A stretch of 61,911 nucleotides of DNA, filler included, from Cladosporium halotolerans (GCF_011745625.1; 6 parts of 6 records of this genome joined end to end with filler, not necessarily neighbours in it), one strand, 5' to 3'. Counted from the first letter of the whole stretch, positions 46,101 through 59,762 are shown. The notes: a model not told the origin generated them from the sequence alone. Numbers and translations: made by a program.

Positions 46101-48303
46101 TGGAGAAGGTGTAGAAGCAATGCCGTAGGTCTTGGGCACGGAACGAGTGATAACGGTGACAATGAACGGAATCAAGAAGAGGAAGAATTGCAGTCGAAAG
46201 AGACATGCCCGAGACGGAACTTTCGTGTCAAATACCGTTTGGTCTTGACCGAGAGGGAACCCGACCGCGCTCGAACGGCCAAATCGGGCAGCCGAGGCAG
46301 TGCATCGCTTGTGAGGGCAAGTGACTTGTTGGACGATTGGCGGAAGGCTGTCCTGTTGGGCGCGGGCATTTCGAACTGTCGACCCCCTGTCCGCTAGTGC
46401 ATGGACATGATTAGACACTTGCCCTTCCAAAACCAAGGTGACTTCATAGCCGGTACATTGGACAAGGATGTGCACTCATGCTGGATCATCGCACCCAAGG
46501 CTACCTTGCCGCACATTACGCAACATTAGAGCTTGATTATCTAAAAGAACACTACCAATCGTGTGAGAGCACATCTGAACTTATCATGAGACTGACTGAT
46601 TATTATAAACATCGAACGGCCTATGCTGACGAGAATCATTAGCGGAAGTTCAAGTCGCCATTCCAGACTGACCAGTGAAGGTCAGAGATCCGGGCATATT
46701 TGTCGAGGCGCCACCCGGCTGATTGAACCAAAATTGTGTCAACACATCCGCACGAAAAAAACATCATCTATCCCGATATAGAAATGCGAGCGACCCATTG
46801 GCGGTCAATATTACTCCTTGAGAGATCAGAAAAAAAAATCATTCACGAGGGGATATACAAAAGGAAAAATTGCACGGGCATCAGTCGGCGCAGCACTAAA
46901 GAGCACACCTGCCGCGCAACAGCGGCACATCATTGGCTAGACGTTACCTCTAAAGCCGACTTTCGAATTCGAAATTGCGCAAGTGGCCATTGCAAGGTGC
47001 AACATGCAATCAATAATATGACTACGCACACATAGCTAGATGTCAAACTGTCGTGCGACACATTGAGGATTTACGTCATCAATACTCGGCACAAGCGTGG
47101 TTTGCAAAGGTTGAGCTATCATACGTGTGAGCTTGCACAGCGAGCCTTACCTTCCGAAATCAGCTGACGATACACGGCGCCTTTTTCAAACGCGCATCAC
47201 TAAGACGTCGCAAGGTCGCTGAAGGTGCGCGATGCTCGAAGCTATATCTCTGGGCATCGCCTGCGAAGTAGCTTAGCACGTCACGCTCATGATGGCTTGG
47301 TCATGTTATTCGTCGCGTTGGTTCTGTACCTGGGATGTACGACTGCTCACCTAGATCACATGTGTCATTGGCAATCGTCTTTTCGGTTCTGTTCTATCTT
47401 TCGTCTTGCTGGAAGCTGCAAAAATCTTGTAGTGGAGCTGAACGTGACTGCAGCATTGACACCAAGCCTCATTCCCATGTTTGTGCAACCGTCAACCGTC
47501 AACCACCAAGACTCGGTTGCATGATCAACTCTACAGGCGGTGATTTCTACAGCAATTGACTCAAGCTTGCAATTGCCTCAGGATTGAAGCGTTTGCTCGC
47601 GATGGTCTGCCAACATCGCAAACCAGACATGTACGGTATCATGAATCCTGCTTTTCCACGTCAAGTTCCTGCCAGCCGACAGCATGGCTTTCCGCGCAAT
47701 GTATGAATTCTGATGGAGTTGAACCAGTACAGCCACTGTCAACTTCGTAAGGTAATGTTTTCGGTCTACACAAATGGAACACCATCAAACTCATTGTGGA
47801 AGTAGATGTGCAAACGTATCATGTCATCCAAGGATACGCTGAACAACAACAATTCGTACAAGACCTGAGTCTTCCACGACAGATGCAGTATCACTAGGTG
47901 AATGAATTTGACAACGGCCATGTCAGCAATTCTCCTCACTAGACATCATGTTCTTCGCTACTTTTTCATTTCAATGCAGCTGGCTACACAAATAGTGTTC
48001 TTTTTACAAGTAATCATGATGCACTTCAAGCGACAGAACGACGCCATTGAATGTAGACTCACCTATGGTCAGACAGTCGATTCCTCGATGTGAGCCTGAC
48101 CCATACGAGCGAGGTACCCTGCGTGAGGCGGACAGCCAGTCCACTCCGCTCTCTGCGAGCCTGTCCCCTGTTCGACGTCTATCGCCCAATTTTCGGCTTT
48201 GGGAGCTGGTGAAGCTTGGGTCCGTTATCAGCGTCCTCCGAACTTGCCCAGATCAGCGGCAAGGCTCCTTGTGCCAATGTAGGGCCAGGAGCAAGGTCCA
48301 GTC

Positions 48304-50175
48304 ATGTACTTGGGTCATATACATCACCTTTGTGAACGCTGCATTCCACCTACACCCAGAATCGTGGCCAATATAGCTCAGGAACTATGTGGGAGAAGGC
48401 TTTCGAAGAACTGGGCTTCGCGCTTCGTCACGAGGCACAAGCACAGGCTTGGCGCTCGATATCTCAACACCATCGACCTTGCACGGCACAGAGCGGATTC
48501 CAGAAGTAGCTATGAGGCCTCTTTTGCCATAGTTGGCCAGAAAATAGAAGAATACAAGATCAGCGCTGACAACATGTATAACATGGACGAGAAAGGCTTC
48601 CTCATCGGCAAGCTTCAAAAGACTCATAGAATCTTCGCACGAGAGCTGTACGAGCGAGGCACCCTCGCAGGAACCGGACAGGATGGCAACAGGGAGTGGA
48701 TCACGGTTGTGGCCACGATTTGTGCAGACGGGACTCGTTTACCGCCAGCTCTGATCTACAAGGCTGTGTCCGGCAACTTGCAGGACACGTGGCTCAGCGA
48801 CTTCGAGCCACAGGAACACGACTGCCATTCTGCTTCATCACCCAACGGATGGACAAGCGACGGGGCTTGGTTACAGCTGGCTGACCGGTTTGTTCGAGAA
48901 GGAGACGGCATCCAAAGCGAGGCGATCTCACAGGCTCTTGTTTGTTGACGGGCATGGCTCACACATCAATATGAAGTTCCTCGACTGGTGCGAGAAACAC
49001 AGGATTCTGCTTGCCGTCTACCCGCCTCACTCTACACACCGGCTGCAGTGTCTAGATGTGAGCGTCTTTGCTCCTCTGGCTAATTACTACAGTCAGGCGC
49101 TTGATGACTTGGTCAGGAGATCAGAAGGCCACACGAGCATCAGCAAACGAGACTTCTTCTCTCTTTTCTGGTCAACCTTCGAGAAGGCCTTCACGCAAGA
49201 GAACATAGCGTCGGCTTGTTCGAATACAGGTATCTGGCCGTTTGATCCCCAGATAGTGCTCAAGTCCTTCCCCGAAGCCCAAAAAGCTGAGACCAGGTCC
49301 CAGCGAAGCACGCAACGCTCGAGCGACAGTCCACCGAGTTCTTCCGATTCGCCGTCGAAGACAAAGAGGCTCAGAAGTATGCTCATCGTGAACTCGGCGC
49401 ATGGCGACGACAAAACGCAGAAGGCGCCGGAGAGGCTGAGTGACACGGTGCTCGGTCTCTCGGCGAAGCTTGTGTTGTCAAATCTGAGAGTCAAACACTT
49501 GAGTGAGTCTCTTCACGAGGAGGAAGGGCGGAAGAAGAAGAGGAGGAAGGTTGTAGGTGAGCTGAGGGCATCCGGCACATCTGAGACGCTATTCATGAGC
49601 CCCTCCAAGATTCAGAAAACTCGAGACATCGCGTCGAGCAGAGAGTTAGAGAAGCAGCAGTTGCAGCACGAGAAGAGAGTCAGAGCTGAAGCACGCGCTC
49701 AAGAGAAGACCCAGAAAGAAGCAGAAGCGCAGAGGAAGCGAGATGAGCGAACAGCAGCCGCTCCTGTTCGCAAGACAGCCGCAGCTCAGAAGAAGGCTCC
49801 AGCTCAGAAGTTACGAGAGGCGAGGAAAGCTCAGAAACAAACCGGAAACGGATCGAAGGCTAACGGTGGGCGGCGGCAAGGCCGTCCGAAGAAACAATCA
49901 GCCGCTCAGAAGCTTGCAGACACTATGCGAGAGCCGGTAGCCGTTGAGCCAGTAGAGCAGGCGACGACAGCGAAAGGCCGGCCAGTGCGCCGACCAGCAC
50001 GATTTAGAACATGAAGTAGCCACCGAGACGTAGAATGATATCGTAGCTTTTTAAAAAATATGCTTTCAGCTGCATTGAGTCATTAATGTGTGAGATATTA
50101 GTAGCGGAAGCTCCTTGATACTGAGCCCGTCAAGCGTGCCTGAGGTGTGGACGTGCTTGAGGTGGGGAAAGCTTG
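48304..50175 (+). mobile_element. 5'-truncated pogo/Tc5-like transposon with frameshifted transposase (48304-50014)
   Basis: YNMDEKGF, NGWTSD | frameshift | LLFVDGHGSH, PPHSTHRLQCLDV. Right TIR-like end (reverse complement CAAGCTTTCCCCACCTCAAGCACGTCCACACCTCAGGCACG) followed by TA at 50176-50177. Confidence 0.9.
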
Positions 50176-51765
50176 TAGCCTCTGTTGAATCTAGTTCAGA
50201 TTCAGACCACTATGATCCCAGCAGCAGCGCGACCGGCCATTTCTCCACCGTCGATACAGATCCTGCCCAGCGCCATGAGAGTTTCTGCCATATGGACTCG
50301 CCTGCTTTGTCAATCCCCTCTGTCACTTCCTGCCACTCCTCCTTGTCCACTGATGGCTGCAAGGTGTCGCTCGTAACCCGATATGATAGCGTTCAAGGAC
50401 AACCTACAACAAAGACCGCGTTGACAAAGTCATCGCAACGCATCCTCTTGCCTGCCAGACCCTAAAGTATGACAGAACTTCCCCGTCGTGTCCCATCGTA
50501 TCGCTATCTCCTGTGGCCTTAAATAGAGGGCAAGTCCGCGACCTTCTTCAATCTGCGCACCCTGGATGGTCTCACCAGCCTCTTCTACCGCACACGCAGG
50601 AGCTGGGATATCTAGGAAGTCCGTGGGAAATGTAGTCTCTCTCTCTGAGGTAACATTGCGCTTGTGGCACGCCAGTGTTTCAGGAGGGTTACATACATGC
50701 AGTTTCTATTACCGTAGGTAGGAGATTGTACCCACGTCATTACACACGCCTTCCATCCAAGTCCTCCACAGTCCAGGCCAAGGCCACCCAACGATTTTAA
50801 GTCGAAAACAAGGGAAATAATCTAGTTGACTGGGTAGCTATGGAGGTGGGAAGGGAGGGGTGGGGAAGTTCACGGAGAACCTTGCGACACCATCAGACCG
50901 CACAGTAATAGTCTCCAGATAGGCGTGGTGCATCACTTGGTGCATCATAAGAGCCGTGATCTTCATCGAGCTGGAGCATCAACAAACTTAATGTGGACAA
51001 TCAGCGGACGGCTGCACTAGGCAGACAAACCCTGGAGCGAACTACCTTGCAGCAGAGAGCGCGTCGGTGCTGAACCCCCAATGGGACGCCTCAAGGCCGA
51101 AGCGCATGAATAGAAGACGGCCTCAACATGGCCGTGAACAGACATGCACGACAGAAGCGGTAAAGGACCAACAGCATTCCCGGGATCTAGCTGGAGAGGA
51201 AGTCATTGTGTGTTTCAGGGCGGAGTTCCAACGACAGACGCTCGTTGCTGGAAAAACATCGTGGTACTGGGAAAAGCCATTTTGCTGCATCGAAAATGCC
51301 CGACGATGGGCTTGGTAAGGCTCCTTGGAGGGCGCCTTTCCCACCAACGTTGAGGCGCTGAACGCGTCTAAGAGCGAGAGATCCAAAGAATGCTGCGGTA
51401 ATAACACACTCATTACACCGATGATCGAAATCAGCAGTGCAGATGGACAGCAGTTCAAGAACATTGTACTTGCTAATGAGAAGAAAGGTCTCCATGCTGC
51501 AAGCCTTCCTGCCCGAGCTAATAGCAAGGCCAACACAGCCATACCAGGGACGAATGCGCAGGTCGATGCTGTTGACGCCTAGGAGGCGCTCTCCGTACAG
51601 TCGGTCGAGAAAGCGCCTGATGTGGATAATATCAACTCCAACAAACTTCTGCTGTTGTGGCGTTTGGACATGTGTGGGGTTGTAGCACTTGTGTAGGGAT
51701 GCATCATGGTGGAGTATAATCCCGCAGATGCAGAATCGCAAAGGCTGTTCTGTTGCGAAAGCAAG

Positions 51766-51863
51766 CAGTGATGTTGTTGGGTCGGTTCTTATTGGTGCGG
51801 TGCTGGTTTGGTTGGTGCTGGCTGGTGCTGGTTCGACTTGATCTGTAAGTGGTTGGTAGTGGT
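51766..51863 (+). mobile_element. hAT-like transposon terminus, copy 1
   Basis: CAGTGATGTTGTTGGGTCGGTT..; identical over 97 bp to 61815-61911, with different upstream flanks. Confidence 0.75.
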
Positions 51864-51963
51864 NNNNNNNNNNNNNNNNNNNNNNNNNNNNNNNNNNNNN
51901 NNNNNNNTTAATTAATTAANNNNNNNNNNNNNNNNNNNNNNNNNNNNNNNNNNNNNNNNNNNN
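51864..51963. other. Artificial contig spacer
   Basis: N44-TTAATTAATTAA-N44. Confidence 0.99.
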
Positions 51964-53637
51964 AGAACCTGCACTTGAGATATTGCCGTTGCGTTGGTCG
52001 CTCAACCATCTCTCGATGCCACGCAGACTTGCTTCGCTGCCCGCTGCTGCGCCAGCGTCACGGGCTCGAGTGAGATCCCACGGCGGTTCGTGGTGCTCGA
52101 GCGAGTAGGCACTTAGCTCTCTATCACGGTGTTCATTACTCGCCGGACTTTCGCGTACCTTTGACAAAGGACTGCTGCTGTGTGGCTTGCCCGAAGGTGC
52201 CGCATGACCAACGACCGGGACGGTGATGCACTCCTGCTTGACGAGGTCGCCTCCGCCCGATAACTTGTCGCCCAGACTGGAAACACGTCTAGATTGCAGC
52301 TCGATGGACTCGCGCACCGAAGACAGAACGCCGCCATCCTCGCATTCGACGTTCCTGTTCTCAGCGAGTCGTCCGGTCTGTGTTGAAGCTTCGCTGCTGA
52401 ACGTTTCACCACACTTTTCCATCTGTTCGTTGGTCGAGGGCACGTGCGCCGCCTTTCTTTGGGCGAGACCAGCGGTGCGCCGCATGGAAGGACTCTCGTT
52501 CCCGGAACCGAGATCACTCCGTCGCGTGGAGGACGGTGCCGCCGGCGAGTTCCCCGAGCTGTGGCTCCGAGGGGATCGAGGTTCAGCATCTTCAACGCTG
52601 CGAGAATCAGGATTGCGTCCGAGTTCCTCGACATGCTCGGGAGGACCGATCTCGTCATTGAAGAGCGGAGGACTCGAAGCCGGCACGTCCTCACTCGAGA
52701 TGCTCTGCTCGCTGCTCCGCATCAAATGCAGCGAACGCGCATCGATGCAGGGTTGCAGTGCCGTCGGACCGCCCGCTGTGACGGAGGTGGAAGTTGGGGG
52801 CGACAGGAAGCCAGTATTCCGGGGTGTCCGCACCTCGTCGTTACCCGTTCGCCGCACCAAAAGACCATTCTCGTCTTTTTTGAGTAGCAGTGTGTTCCAA
52901 TGTAATGGCCTATGCTTTTTCAGATCCAAAGTCTGCCCACCGACGACGACGATGGCGGTGCGGTGTTGGGTCCACCTTTCGATGAATTCATGGAATTCTG
53001 CTGCAGTCTTGAGCGTAACGTTCTGACCGTAGACTGGAGTCGGCTTCGATTCCTCGAGCTTCTGGAGACTCTTCAGGTCTTTGACCATAAACTCACCACC
53101 GAACCCGGCGAAATTGTCCTCTGTCGCTTTGTCCAGGTAAGACAAAGCGTCGCAGTGTTTCAGCCATCTCACCAGGTTTGCGTGCGGGACAAAGTCAAGC
53201 CTAAAGCGAGGGTACTTTTTCGCGCAGTTGTACATGAAAGCCAGGCGGTCCCTACCGAAGCTATCCGTGCTCCATTCGTAGTACTCCAGGACTTCCAGCG
53301 ACCATTGCATCGAGATGAAAGTTGCCTGCGTGACGCGTGTCCTCCATTTCTTATCCCCTTCCGTGCTCTTCTTGTCGTCGCTTGCTCGTTTGACGAGCTC
53401 TCTGAGACGATTCCACTTCTCACTCTTCTCGGACCAACCGTTGATCTCGAGGACTGTAGTCAAAGCTTCGATGAAGGCAAAAAGTTTGTCGCTTTTCAGG
53501 ATTGTCTCGTTTTGAACGTAGGTTAAAGTGCTTTGCTGTTCTCTGCCCCTCAAGGCTTCGTGTACTTGACGCAGGGACGCTCGTTCTTCCGCGGTGAATA
53601 ATTCGACCACTGACGGCATTTCCGCGGCGATGTGCAT
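51964..53637 (-). CDS. Hypothetical protein, >557 aa, 3' end lost at the contig edge
   Basis: Long open frame: an ordered Trp/aromatic-rich ~260-aa N-terminal domain followed by a Ser/Pro-rich disordered region. Confidence 0.7.
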
Positions 53638-54072
53638 GTTGGAAAGGGTTGAACGATTGCGATGAGCAAACTGTCTGAAGAGGCGCTTTAATAGCCTTCC
53701 GCCACATGCTCGCCCTAGCTCGGCGCGTCAAGGGCCCGCCGCCTGCTTTGGTGTCACGCGGACGCGTACTGGTTGAGAATGAGTTTGGCGCTACTTGCTT
53801 GTTGGGACATATGCGTCGTCTGATCCGTTAGACGAGCTCCGCCTCGCTTGTGTAGCGTGACAGATGCCATGTGGTGTTGGAAAGCGCGGCGGTTCGGTAC
53901 AAACGCGCTGTCCACACCATCGAACCAGGCTCGATCTTCTGTGCAGGGCCACTGAGGAGACATCGTTGCTCGTTCTCGAGTGTGTTCATCTGAATAAGTA
54001 TCTACGAGTCAGATCATACAGTGCAACGAAAACTTTTGTCTAGCGGCTAATTTTCCATCTCAAGAACGGAGC

Positions 54073-55256
54073 TCAGGGCTCCTCAACGACGGGTTTTCCG
54101 GGAATCAAGCGCCCGGTCGACGGTGCGGACGATACGTATGGTTCCTCGCCTTGACCCTCATGCGCCGGCACAGCCATGTATCTGCTTTGCGGCGGTGCCG
54201 GAGTCGTGCTGACGTCCTGTCGTTCACGCATAGCTGGTTGTCCCAGTTCATCAGATGACCGAGCGGGCCTGCGCACGCGGCTTCCTCTTCCCGTCGTGCG
54301 CCCCTTCGCACGAGCTCGTCGTTTGTACTCTTCGGGGAGCCTTTCAGGATAGCCCATCGAATCCATCTGCGGCCGGTCAGCGTGTTATCCACAGTTCACT
54401 CAACGATTTGACGTGACGCACTGCACCCGGAGCATCGCGATACTTTCCGCGTTTGTGGTTCCTTGCGAAAATCGCGAAGCACTCGTCTTCCGATTCGGTC
54501 CAGGCCTTCTCCTCAAAAAGCTGCCTGTTGGCACCAAAAGAATTTTCCGCAGTTTCCTCCCTGCGTCGATTGGACGAACGTCCTGCTGTGCTCCTTTCGG
54601 CTGCGCCGTGGGGCTGATCGTGAGCCACTCTGCCGCTTCCTCGCGGCCCGAATCGCGGCTCGAGCGCCAGTCTGTGGCCAATATCAGCACGAAGAACTTG
54701 ATCAGGTCATCTCTCATCTCGCGACTTACTGTCTCGGGACATTGCGGCCAGATCGTTGGCTGTGGACGCCCGAGGAGGCCGACGGCATCGAAAAGCTCGG
54801 ACCAGGATAGTACGTGACATGCTGTCCACCAGCGGTGGCTATCCACCCAGGCGAGACGTCTTGAGGTATTTGGTCGAGATGGTGGCCAAAGTCCTGATTC
54901 CCAGAAGGACGAAGCGGCAGCCCTGGCATGGAAGGACCAAAGGCGTTGGCTGTGAAACAAGCAGGCGCGGGATTGGGCATTTCATGGCTGAGTTGCTGTC
55001 CATGTTGTTGTGCTTGCTGCTGGTAATGTGAGTAGTCTTGCAGATGAGATTGAGTTTCAGCAGCAGATTGCAAATCCCACCCGTGCGTGGAGTCGTCAAA
55101 GGGTAAGTCAGACTTCTCCGAGCCATAGACCGTGCCAGGCTCCAAGCTACTGCCGCTGGAGCCGTAGGTAAGGTTGGCCGAAGCAACCGACGATTCCGTA
55201 CTCGTAGTGGTGAGGAAACGAGGATCCACGTGGGACATGTCCATACTGTCCGACAT
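54073..55256 (-). CDS. Spliced protein (356 aa) with a Myb/SANT-like motif
   Basis: Exons 55256-54730, 54671-54422, 54366-54073 are frame-consistent (introns GTAAGT..CAG and GTGCGT..CTGAC..CAG). Spliced motif KAWTESEDECFAIFARNH..MDSMGYPERLPEEYKRR. Confidence 0.65.
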
Positions 55257-58200
55257 GGCTTGTTTGAGAGGTGGGTGTGAAGGTGTCGGTGAAGAGGTGT
55301 CGGTTGGAGGCTATGAACAACGAGAAGAGGCGGCAGGCTTCGTCTGTGACATCGCCTTTATACGGTCTGTCTGAGTGAGAGAGCTGCCATCACGTTCCAG
55401 GCCGACGTTGTTGCAAGCGTATCATATGAGATCTGCAAGTGCGAGCCTGGATGATACGGCAACCGCTCTCTAGCTGTCGTCGCAAGTCTTTTGCTTCGTG
55501 ATTGTGCTAGGAAGCGGGACAGCTCTTACGCGAGGTGCTAATGTGTTGAAGGGTACCATCGTGACGGTACGCTTGCCTTGAAAGCGATGCTGAGCGCCCA
55601 ACGAAAAGCGTCTGTCTTTGGTGAAGCTGCGTGAGTCAGGCCGCCGGTGTTCCAGTTGATAGGGTGCAGAACTTGCCTGGAGGACTCAATGCGCGTGGCG
55701 TGCGTACCCTTCGCCCGGTCGACGTCCAAATCATAGTGACAACGCGATCTTCGTTTCTTCGTCGACAGTCACAGAACACAGTGCCGCACTACCAGTGAGC
55801 AGAAGTGACGTTAGAAATTGCCCGGACGCTAAGTACGAGAAGCAAGGTTCCTGCAGGGCCGGCTTCAGAGCTACCTCGTCCCCTCACGCTAAGGGCTGGA
55901 GGTTGGAAAGTATGCTAGCGCTCGGCAGGTGGGTACCGACATGGGAAGTCGAGTCAGTGAAAGCGTAAATAATCTCCCGCCAGCAAACCCTATTTATCTG
56001 TTGCGAAGACATTTGGTTCATTGGTCGGCTCGGGGTGTTGCCCGCTTTTGTGCGTAACTCCCTTACCACGCAAGTTGCCCTGAAGACGCGAAACGGGCGG
56101 GCACTGGGCTTCGCCCACGGAACGGCCGAGCGCAGCGTATAGTACCGTGACGGAGCGCTTTCAAGAAGCGTTCCGTGCGGCCATCCCTCGAGGGGTGAAC
56201 CTCAGAGGACCAACGCGGCACGCGAGGACAGTCAGGTTGCAGCCCCTCAAACTGTCCTTGCTGGAGTCTTGTGCGATCGCAGAGCGAGAAAACGAACCAC
56301 AAGGACCCACTTTCTGGCATTGTGTCTAGCGAACTTGGAGGTTTCCCCGGTCTTCCATCCTGTGCCGTGCTGGTCAGCGTGCTAGGACGGAGGGCTGATG
56401 GCAGCAAATGTGCGGCCCTCAACCTGCTTGGCCCATGTTCAGCCCGCAAGGACAAGCACTAGATACCCGGAGTCTAACGGCGACGTACAACACTTCGAAC
56501 TCAATGGGTTGTTCATGAACATGGTAGGGAAGGCGACGGACCGGGCAAAGCAGGGGCCTCCGACCGGGTCTTCGAATTCACGTCGGCAAACATCGAATTG
56601 AATTGACTCGCGTGATCGGAAGCGTTCCTCGACCAACCACTTTAGACAACCGACAGGTCTGCGTATCCAGCAGGGGGTTTTAGCGCAATCAGCCCAACAC
56701 ACTTTCAACGGCTGCATGCATTGGACACTAGGCGCCGGGGACTCTGTCCCGCGATGTGATAAAACCGCAGATTGACGCCATCAGGGGAGACCGTGCGCGA
56801 CCGATCGACAGTCCCACGGCGGCCAAGCGTTTGCGCGACTGGTTCATGAAGATTGCAAGGATGCGAGGGCCAGACTTCGAACCGCTGCCCTCACACCGGA
56901 GCCCAAGTCAAGTCAAGGACTGAATCTCTGGAGATGTCTGCAGCCTTGTTCAGAATAAATATGCATAGACTTGCCGCTATTGCTCGGCCACAAAAACGTG
57001 ATTCAAGAATGAAGAATGGCTCACGCAGTCCTTGCGTCACTCAGGCATTCCTTCCGATAGACGCGCGTCAATGTGCGCCGCATTGATCAGTTGCCAGGGC
57101 ATCAAAATGCAGAGATCGTCATTTTCGTGACAAGCGATGGATTCGCGGTCGGTCGGTCGGCAATATCTGAGGGCTCGTGAATCACGCGGAAAGGTGGCGC
57201 CAGCGCACAGGAATCACTAACATACTCAGAGTCGCACATCGGAGTGCCTTTGAACTGTTATTTCCGGAGTGTTTCGCTCTCCATATCGTCCCGATGATGA
57301 GATGTGAGCGCGTAGGCGCCATGCCATTCTTCGACGGCATGACGACGAGCCGGTGAGGCACAGCAGCAACATCCGCACGTGGCTGAAGATGCCTGATCTC
57401 CTGAACCCCTAAAGTGACATATAATCAGTCAACGACACTATCCGATGCGCTCGACAGGCCGGGCCTGTATCCCATCGAGGCAGGCCCAGATCGCAAGGTC
57501 CGTTGTCACGTCAGGGTCGCGTACGCCGCCAAACCCCGCGACTCTGGACCTCCGCCAGTGTCCAAAAATGTCTTTTAGGCCGTCACGGCAGCCGTTTGCC
57601 TACATACCCTGCCGTCAATTCGCGCCCACTTTAGCGGCGCGTGGGGCAGGCAGGCACGCTCCACCGACGCCTGCCACCAATTTGCCCCGCCTTCGCACGT
57701 CGAATACCTTTTCGTCTGCACTGCCAATCAGCGACTTTTGTAGAAAATCGCGCCGACGCTAAGTTAGCTGCGCGACATCCCTGTTCTTTAAGAACCATGG
57801 TGATCGGGCCCGCGGTCGTTGAGCCGTCCGGTTCGTAATCTGGGCCCTCAGTTGCTCGGCAGCAGTATAGCCGAAACTTGACTCGCTAGAATTATCACTG
57901 TCCTCCACAGCAATGCAACGCTGCAGGCGCGGAAGGGGGTCGCATCGCCGCATGACGGTGATGGTCATATGACACACCTTGCCACACAAGCGCTGCTTCT
58001 CGGCCAAGTGGGTCCTGTCTTTTGCCTGATGCCTACATGCTGATGCCGCCTCGCCGTACTTGCCTCAATTTTGCCTGCCGTTCCAACCGGGTCGACGGGC
58101 GCACGACTGGTATGTGCGTCCTTTGACGGGCAGTTGCGCATGGCCGCGAAAAAAGGCCGATCGTTCTGCATGCAAAATACAGTGGAAATGCATGCCGGTT

Positions 58201-58732
58201 TGTCCCAGTCGTCGGCTCCAGAACTCACGGCAGCGGGCTCTCGAGCGTCACAAACCCTAAACACTTCCGCGACCCGTGAACGTTAATTTAGCTGGTTTCG
58301 TCCGTGACCGTTGCCCCAAATCTTATTCGAAAAGCATTTTACGCGGCGCAAACCCTACGGACCTACTTTCGACCTCATTCCCGTCTTGACAACCTCTCAG
58401 GCCGGCGTCCAATCGTCGACACGGAACAGCAATGGCTAGACTCGTGAGAAAGCGGCGGACGGAAAGCGCGCGTACGAACGGGCTCGCGCAAAGAAATGCA
58501 CAGCACAGTAGCATGCGAACGACTGGCGCAGTCACATAGCCATCCATGTCTTGTCCGCATCGCCGCGCTTGGACGCTGGACCGAAACGTCAATTCAATTT
58601 AGACAGGCTTCTCCAGAAGAGATGGATTGGCCTGCAGCGCCTGCAAGAGTGCAAGGGGAGGCGGATATGGAGCGAAGAAAGTGATGAGAATGAAATTGTC
58701 AGAGAACGGCGGTCGGATAAAAGCAGGAAGTC

Positions 58733-59762
58733 TTGCAAGGCTAAAAGTCCATCCCGGGGTCGCGGGACACCCTGTCTGACAGGACACTTTCGCGAAGATT
58801 CATCGTGCACCCTTCATTTACACAAATATCGGCATCGAATTCATCTCTTGCTCTTCCGCAGCCACTAGCCTTCACGGAAAGCTATGTGCGGGTCGCATAG
58901 TCGCGCACACCGTCTGTCCGTAGAGGAGATCATTGCCGTCCTCGTTTCGCGAGTCGGCTTTGCTCGCCGCGGACAGGCGAACTTCCGTTTAGATGAGATT
59001 GAAAGTAGGTTCGTCAAATGCGCCTCGGTGCAAAGGGCGCCTTGAATTTGGTTTGCATCGCCGTTTAGGGCCGTTGGTGGAGGTTGCGGGCGAAAAGTAA
59101 GCCAGAATTCGATTTCTGGCTGGATCAGCCTTCGGGCCCGCTGACTAGGGCTGTCGGCTGCAACTCACCGATGTCGCGCGTCTCGACACACATGATCCGC
59201 TCGGCCTTTATCTTGCTTTTCAAAGGTCGCCACGAGCCTACATGTCGTCGTGTTGATAGCCAATGACAGGTGCTGCCGAGAGGCCGTCGGCCCGCGCGCT
59301 CGCTTCCGGACGAATCGTTGATTCGCAGTGCTGCGACATCGGCCACTCAGCGCCTTCAGCCGGCCTGTGAGTTGATCCAGCAAAAGACCCTCCTGGCGAT
59401 CACGGTCGCATCGCGCTTCCCCGCCAACGGTTTCTGCGCCATGCAGATCACCTCTGGGCCTTCCTTGTGACAAGCGGAGCCGCCAAACCTACTTTCAACC
59501 TCCTCTCCACTTCTGACCCTTCACTACTTTCCACATGAGGGAAGCGCCATGCAAGCCCATGACCGTGATTCGGGGATAACGCAGTATTCCACGCAGAAGA
59601 GATGTGAATGAATAAGTGGTTGTGTGGAGAAAGAGTCGGAGAACACAAGGCGATGCACGATCCATCAAAAACTGCATCGAGTGGATGGTGTTGATGGTTT
59701 TGGGTTAAAGCGTCCCGGCACCCAGGGTGTCCCGCGACTCAGGGAGGGACTTTAGTTTACAG
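58733..59762. repeat. ~1-kb degenerate palindrome (fold-back) with pogo-like TIRs
   Basis: GTCGCGGGACACCCTG at 58759-58774 pairs with 59723-59738; TTGAAAGTAGGTT at 58999-59011 pairs with 59486-59498 on the same symmetry axis; further matching blocks lie inward. Confidence 0.8.

Noticed and set aside
43350..48300. Many short ORFs in contig 5, also 11972-13400, 50180-51760 and 55300-58700
   Set aside because: No recognisable domains or consistent splice models; probably decayed or non-coding.
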